Positions 37,780-42,641 of a stretch of DNA of 42,641 bases are shown one piece after another; the first letter of the stretch is position 1, and the number at the start of each line of letters is the position of its first letter. A program made the position numbers and the translations under genes. Location of the stretch: assembly GCA_030065275.1 (NCBI GenBank), contig JASJCV010000005.1, positions 1-42,641 of the forward strand, read 5' to 3'. The notes under the pieces are model-generated. The model was not told the origin of the DNA. It was given only the letters and a program-made list of their open reading frames with translations, and did no database searches. The DNA comes from Desulfobacterales bacterium. Its GTDB lineage: Bacteria; Desulfobacterota; Desulfobacteria; Desulfobacterales; UBA5852.

Positions 37780-38739
37780 ATGCAGCAGCGCCGATTGGGG
37801 AACAGCACGCTGTCGGTTTCAGCGCTCATCATGGGCACCTGGCAGGCCGGCCGGCAAATGTGGACGGACATCGACGATGCCGACTCCGTTCGCGCCATCC
37901 GCAGCGCCATCGACCACGGCGTTACCACGATCGACACCGCCTCGGTCTACGGCAACGGCCATTCCGAACGCATCGTGGCCCGGGCGGTGGGAGGCGATCG
38001 CAGCCGGGTGGTGCTCGCCACCAAGGTGTTCGCCAACGCAATGAAGTACGACCAGGTCCTGACCGCCTGCGAGCGTTCCCTGACCCATCTGGCCACGGAT
38101 TACATCGATCTCTATCAGATCCACTGGCCCTCCGGGGCGTTCGGCAGCGATCGTGTGCCCATCGGGGAAACCATGCGGGCGATGGTGCGGCTCAAAGAGC
38201 AGGGCAAGATCAGGGCGATCGGCGTGTCCAATTTTTCGGCCGGCCAGCTGGCCGAGGCCATGGCATATGGAGAAATCGTCAGCCTGCAGCCGCCCTACTC
38301 GCTTTTCTGGCGCCAGGTGGAAACGGATGCGCGCCCCCTGTGCCTGGAGCGGGGCCTGGCGATTCTGGCCTATTCTCCCATGGCCCAGGGGTTGCTGACC
38401 GGTAAATTCGGGCCGGACCACCGCTTTAAACGCGGCGACCACCGCGCCAAGAATCGCCTGTTCCAGCCGGACAACCTCAGACGCGCCCATGCGGCCCTGG
38501 CCGAACTGGCGCCCATCGCCCACCGCCACGACGCCACCCTGGGACAACTGGCCCTGGCCTGGGTCATGGCCCAGCCCAACACTTGTGCCATCGCCGGGGC
38601 CCGCAATGCCGAGCAGGCGGAGCAAAACGCCGCCGCCGCCCATATCAACCTCGCGCCCGAAGACCTGGCCGCCATGGACCGCATCGGCCGTCAGGTCACC
38701 GACCACCTGGATGACAACCCCGTCATGTGGAACTGGTAG
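37780..38739 (+). CDS. Aldo/keto reductase
   Basis: DTASVYGNGHSE, LATK, YIDLYQIHWP, GKIRAIGVSNF, AYSPMAQGLLTGK. Confidence 0.93.
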   Translation: MQQRRLGNSTLSVSALIMGTWQAGRQMWTDIDDADSVRAIRSAIDHGVTTIDTASVYGNGHSERIVARAVGGDRSRVVLATKVFANAMKYDQVLTACERSLTHLATDYIDLYQIHWPSGAFGSDRVPIGETMRAMVRLKEQGKIRAIGVSNFSAGQLAEAMAYGEIVSLQPPYSLFWRQVETDARPLCLERGLAILAYSPMAQGLLTGKFGPDHRFKRGDHRAKNRLFQPDNLRRAHAALAELAPIAHRHDATLGQLALAWVMAQPNTCAIAGARNAEQAEQNAAAAHINLAPEDLAAMDRIGRQVTDHLDDNPVMWNW

Positions 38740-38770
38740 CGAACGCGGCGCGCCCCGCCGCCGTGGCGCC

Positions 38771-39592
38771 TTACTTCCCCGTGAAGCGGGGTGGCCGCTT
38801 TTCGATGAAGGCCGAAAAGGCCTCGAAAAGATCTTCGGAAGGGATGATGTTGGCGCTCAGCGAGGCATTGTAGGCCAAGCCCTCTTCAACGGTTCGGCCG
38901 ATCCCGTGATTGAGCACGGCCTTGCTGGCCTGCACCGCCAAAGGCGCGTTGGCGGCGATCGCCCGGGCCAGTTCTTCGGCGCGTGTCAGCAGCGCCTCGC
39001 GATCCTCCAGCACCTCGCTGACCAGCCCCATGTCACGGGCGCGGGGCGCGTCGACGTTGCCGGCCGTATAGGCCATCTCGCGCGCGAAACCCTGGCCGAC
39101 GATCAGCGGCAGACGCTGCAGCACCCCCACGTCGGCCACAAATCCCACGGCGGCCTCCTTAAGTGCGAAAACGGCGTCCCGGCTGCAGAGGCGGATGTCG
39201 CAGGCCGTCACCATATCAAGCCCCGCCCCCAGGCAGTGGCCATGAACGGCGGCGATCACCGGCTTGCGGCAGCGCTCGATACAGGTCATGGCCTGCTGCA
39301 GACCCGCGATTTTTTCGAGCAGGCGCCACTTTACGCCGCCCGTCTGGTTCCTTTCGGTGATTTCGGCGATGGCGCCGGACATCTCCACGAGATCGATGCC
39401 CACGGAAAAGCAATCCCCATCGCCCGCCAGAATGACGACCCGGATGTCGGGATCCTGATCGAGCCCGCGGAAGATCGGCAGCGTCTCCTCCCAGGCCGGC
39501 GGGTTCATGGCATTTTTCTTGGCCGGCCGGCTGAGGACCACCCGCGCCAGGGGCGGGTCCTTTTCGACCCGGTAGAATTGAAATACGCTCAC
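38771..39592 (-). CDS. Crotonase/enoyl-CoA hydratase family (ECH1 dienoyl-CoA isomerase-like)
   Basis: LSRPAKKNAM, FSVGIDL, KPVIAAVHGHCLGAG, KEAAVGFVADVGVLQRLP; GTG 39592 after AAGGAG. Confidence 0.9.
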   Translation of the reverse strand: MSVFQFYRVEKDPPLARVVLSRPAKKNAMNPPAWEETLPIFRGLDQDPDIRVVILAGDGDCFSVGIDLVEMSGAIAEITERNQTGGVKWRLLEKIAGLQQAMTCIERCRKPVIAAVHGHCLGAGLDMVTACDIRLCSRDAVFALKEAAVGFVADVGVLQRLPLIVGQGFAREMAYTAGNVDAPRARDMGLVSEVLEDREALLTRAEELARAIAANAPLAVQASKAVLNHGIGRTVEEGLAYNASLSANIIPSEDLFEAFSAFIEKRPPRFTGK

Positions 39593-39849
39593 GATAATAC
39601 TCCTTGATGTTGGGTGGCCATCGGACATCCGCTTCCTATCCCAGATCGACCGGCGCTGTCCAACCCTAAAGCGCTGGCCGCACGGTTCCGTCCGCGGGGC
39701 GGCGGTGAGAGGCCGAGATTCTGCGGTGCTGTCGATGGATCGATTGCAAACTTACGATCATCCTGATATGGGAGAGCCGAAATGTGCGGCGGTCACACCC
39801 ATCGGCGGCCGGCCGCCGCCGCCAAGCAAGGGCCTGGTTCTGCAACTTT

Positions 39850-40704
39850 ATGGATATCTATTACGTCGACGGCGACTTTGTCCCGGCCGATCGGGCCGTC
39901 ATTCCGGTGAACGATCTGGCCGTCCTGCGGGGACTGGGGGCGTTCGAACTGCTGCGAACCTACGGCGGCCGCCCCTTCGCACTGGAAGAACACCTCCAGC
40001 GATTGGCCCAATCGGTCGGGAAGATCGGCCTGCCGCTACCCGGCGACCTTGACCACATCCGTCAGGTGGTGCTCGAGACACTGGCGCGCAATCAGCGGCC
40101 GGAGGAAGTCAATATCCGCATCATCGTGACGGGCGGCTCCAGCCCCGACTTCATGACCCACCAGGGACAGCCCCGGCTGCTCGTGCTGGTTTCGGAGATG
40201 CCCCGGCAACCGGGTGAATGGTATGTCGACGGGGTCAAGATCACCACCATGCAAAGCCGGCGGATTCTGCCCGGGGCCAAGAGCATCAATTATCTTTCGG
40301 CCACCATCGCACTGCAAAAGGCGCGCGCCAAAGACGCCGTCGAGTCGGCCTACGTGGATCGCGACGGCCTGGTTTACGAATGCACCACCAGCAATATCTT
40401 CGCCTTCTTCGGCGATCGGCTGGTAACGCCGGGGCGGCGCATCCTGGCCGGCATCACCCGCGGCGCGGTCCTTAACATGGCGGAAGCGCTGTTCACCGTG
40501 GAGGTGCGGGACCTGCCCTTCAAGGAATTCGTCGCGGCGGACGAAATTTTTATCACCGGCACCAACAAAGGAATCGTTCCGGTGGTCCGGGTCGATGACA
40601 CGGTCGTTGCCGACGGGCGGCCAGGACCGCGCACCCGTCGGCTCATGGCCGCGCTGGAAGCCCACACCCAGGATCACGGCCAACCCCAAGGGGCTGGCTC
40701 ATAA
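39850..40704 (+). CDS. PLP-dependent aminotransferase class IV (IlvE/D-amino acid aminotransferase-like)
   Basis: RGLGAFELLRTY..RPFALEEHLQRL, AKSINY, ECTTSNIF, ILAGITR, ADEIFITGT. Confidence 0.9.
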   Translation: MDIYYVDGDFVPADRAVIPVNDLAVLRGLGAFELLRTYGGRPFALEEHLQRLAQSVGKIGLPLPGDLDHIRQVVLETLARNQRPEEVNIRIIVTGGSSPDFMTHQGQPRLLVLVSEMPRQPGEWYVDGVKITTMQSRRILPGAKSINYLSATIALQKARAKDAVESAYVDRDGLVYECTTSNIFAFFGDRLVTPGRRILAGITRGAVLNMAEALFTVEVRDLPFKEFVAADEIFITGTNKGIVPVVRVDDTVVADGRPGPRTRRLMAALEAHTQDHGQPQGAGS

Positions 40705-40748
40705 AAAAATCAAATGCGCATTTCTGCGCACCAATCAGGAGGGATGCC

Positions 40749-41738
40749 ATGACGACCGGTCAGGCATACGATTTGGTAATTATCGGCGGCGGCCCGGGAG
40801 GCCTTTCGGCCGGCATCTATGCCAAGCGGGCCGCCATGAATACGGTATTGGTGGAAAAAGGGGTTACCGGCGGCCAGGTCGTCATGTCGGACGAGGTCGA
40901 AAACTATCCGGGCTTCGAACACACCAGCGGCGCCGAGCTGGCCATGAAATTTCTCGAGCACGCCCAGGCCTACGGTCTGGAAATCCTCTCCCAGGAAGTC
41001 AGCGAGGTCGAACCGGGGCTGAACCACCACCACGTCCACCTGGCCGACGGCACCACCCTGGATACCCACGCCGTTATCCTGGCTACCGGCGGCAGCCCGC
41101 GCAAGCTGGCCATCCCGGGCGAGGACGAGTACTACGGCCGGGGGGTTTCCTACTGTGCGGTGTGCGACGGTTTTTTCTTTCGCAACAAGACCGTGGTCGT
41201 GGTGGGCGGCGGCGACACCGCCACGGAAGAAGCGCTCTACCTGGCCAAACTGGCCGCAAAGGTCTACCTGGTCCACCGCCGCGATGAACTGCGCGCCAGT
41301 AAAATCCTGCAGAAGCGCGTCATGGACGACTGCAATATCGAAATTCTCTGGAACACGGTCGCCACGGCCATAAAAGCGGGCAGCGACGGTGTCGAGGCCA
41401 TCAGCCTCGAGGATACCCTTTCGGGGGAAGCGCGCGAGTTGCCCACCGACGGGGTTTTCATCTTTATCGGATTCGATCCCAACAATGAGGTCGTCCCGGC
41501 CGGGGTCCGCATGAATGCTGACGGTTATGTGATGACCGACGAAAAATGCGAAACCGCCATCAAGGGCCTTTTTGCGATCGGCGACCTGCGTGAGAAATAT
41601 GCCCGTCAGATCGTGATCTCGGCCGCCGACGGCAGTACGGCCGCGTTGGCCGCGGCCCACTATGTCGAGACCCAGAAAAGTTCTTCAGCGGACTCCTGCG
41701 CGATCCCCGCCGACCTCGTGGAAGAATCCGCGAACTAG
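40749..41738 (+). CDS. trxB: Thioredoxin-disulfide reductase
   Basis: IIGGGPGGLSA, VENYPG, GRGVSYCAVCDG (CxxC), VVGGGDTA, HRRDELRA, GLFAIGD. Confidence 0.95.
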   Translation: MTTGQAYDLVIIGGGPGGLSAGIYAKRAAMNTVLVEKGVTGGQVVMSDEVENYPGFEHTSGAELAMKFLEHAQAYGLEILSQEVSEVEPGLNHHHVHLADGTTLDTHAVILATGGSPRKLAIPGEDEYYGRGVSYCAVCDGFFFRNKTVVVVGGGDTATEEALYLAKLAAKVYLVHRRDELRASKILQKRVMDDCNIEILWNTVATAIKAGSDGVEAISLEDTLSGEARELPTDGVFIFIGFDPNNEVVPAGVRMNADGYVMTDEKCETAIKGLFAIGDLREKYARQIVISAADGSTAALAAAHYVETQKSSSADSCAIPADLVEESAN

Positions 41739-41829
41739 CGGAATCGTTTTTGAAGGCGCCTTTCACAAGCGTCCTGCGATTTCGCATTCGCGGTTTCCGG
41801 CGCGGGCAGCCAACCTATCGCCCGTGGTC

Positions 41830-42641
41830 ATGACACCAGCCGTACATACCTCGATGCGGGCCGGATTGGCGGCCCTTCTTTTGGTCGGCGCCCCCCTTGC
41901 GGGCCTGGTTGCGGCCGGCCGGCCCGTTCGACCGTATCTGGAATTTCCGCCCCAAACCCGCTTCGTCACCCACGCGCCATTTTCATGGACGGCGTTTGCC
42001 GCCATTGGTCTCCTTGTAATCGTTTGCGCCTGGCCACTGGTCCGGTTGGCTACCGGCACGTCGCCCCCCCAAACACCCGGCCAGCGCCGGCATGCCTTTC
42101 CCTGGTGGGGGTGGGCCGCTCTGGCCGGTGGCGCGGCCAGCTGGCTGTTGGCCTGGAACCGCTGGCCATGGTTCGCACCCTTGCAGCCCCACACGTTCCC
42201 GATGCTCTGGGGCAGCTTCATCCTGGTGGTCAACGCCCTGTGCCACCGACGCCGTGGCAACTGCCCGATGCTGGCCCAACCCGTGCGCTTTATCCTGTTG
42301 TTTCCGGCCAGCGCCGCTTTCTGGTGGCTCTTCGAATACCTGAACCGCTTCGTACAGAACTGGTATTACACCGGCGCCGACTACCCCCCGCTGACCTACT
42401 TCACGCTGGCCTCGTTATCATTTGCCACCGTCCTGCCCGCCGTTGTGTCCGTCCGGGAATGGCTGCTATCGTTTGCACCCTTCCAGCGCCGATACCATCG
42501 CCGGGGCCTTCCTTCCGGTCCGCCCCGCCGCATCGTTGCCCTGGCGCTCTTGGGCGTTTCCACGGGTGGACTGGCCGGCGTGGGCCTTTGGCCTGACTAT
42601 CTGTTTCCTCTATTATGGACGGCCCCCCTGGCCATCCTTCT
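41830..42641 (+). CDS. Conserved-looking integral membrane hypothetical protein, partial (runs off the window end; not in the ORF track)
   Basis: Open frame from ATG 41830: ...PYLEFPPQT...FPWWGW...HTFPMLWGSFILVVNAL...FWWLFEYLNRFVQNWYY...LSFATVLPAV...; several TM segments. Confidence 0.75.
   Translation, partial: MTPAVHTSMRAGLAALLLVGAPLAGLVAAGRPVRPYLEFPPQTRFVTHAPFSWTAFAAIGLLVIVCAWPLVRLATGTSPPQTPGQRRHAFPWWGWAALAGGAASWLLAWNRWPWFAPLQPHTFPMLWGSFILVVNALCHRRRGNCPMLAQPVRFILLFPASAAFWWLFEYLNRFVQNWYYTGADYPPLTYFTLASLSFATVLPAVVSVREWLLSFAPFQRRYHRRGLPSGPPRRIVALALLGVSTGGLAGVGLWPDYLFPLLWTAPLAIL

Noticed and set aside
41985-42596. 203-aa plus-strand ORF in the track
   Set aside because: Wrong frame; the frame starting at 41830 gives a coherent membrane protein over the same region

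Overview
GC-rich chromosomal window from a dissimilatory sulfate-reducing deltaproteobacterium (Desulfobacterales-like, inferred from aprBA and gene content). I see no mobile element, CRISPR array or rRNA. From left to right: (1) the 5' part of aprA plus aprB (APS reductase), with a strong sigma70-type promoter and a ~255-nt leader; (2) three YkgJ/CxxCxxCC-type Cys-cluster genes around an atypical SDR, then dGTPase, a solo HsdR-N-like gene and a deaminase; (3) a long translation block: infC (ATA start)-rpmI-rplT-pheST-merR-tRNA-Gly(CCC)-rimP-nusA-infB-DUF503-rbfA-DHH-truB-rpsO-pnp-M16 peptidase-dut-MBL hydrolase; (4) an accessory signalling locus: a 702-aa PilZ protein overlapping a V4R-like/TM/GAF/HD-GYP phosphodiesterase, facing an enolase-superfamily gene with altered catalytic motifs; (5) mixed metabolic and stress genes: DJ-1, CBS-ACT, MFS, an orphan ParM-like actin, LUD, AKR, crotonase, class IV aminotransferase, trxB and a partial membrane protein. 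The best candidate for an undescribed system is the PilZ/HD-GYP/enolase locus. Next are the YkgJ trio beside aprBA and the orphan actin-like gene. All calls come from reading motifs by eye; no database searches were run.
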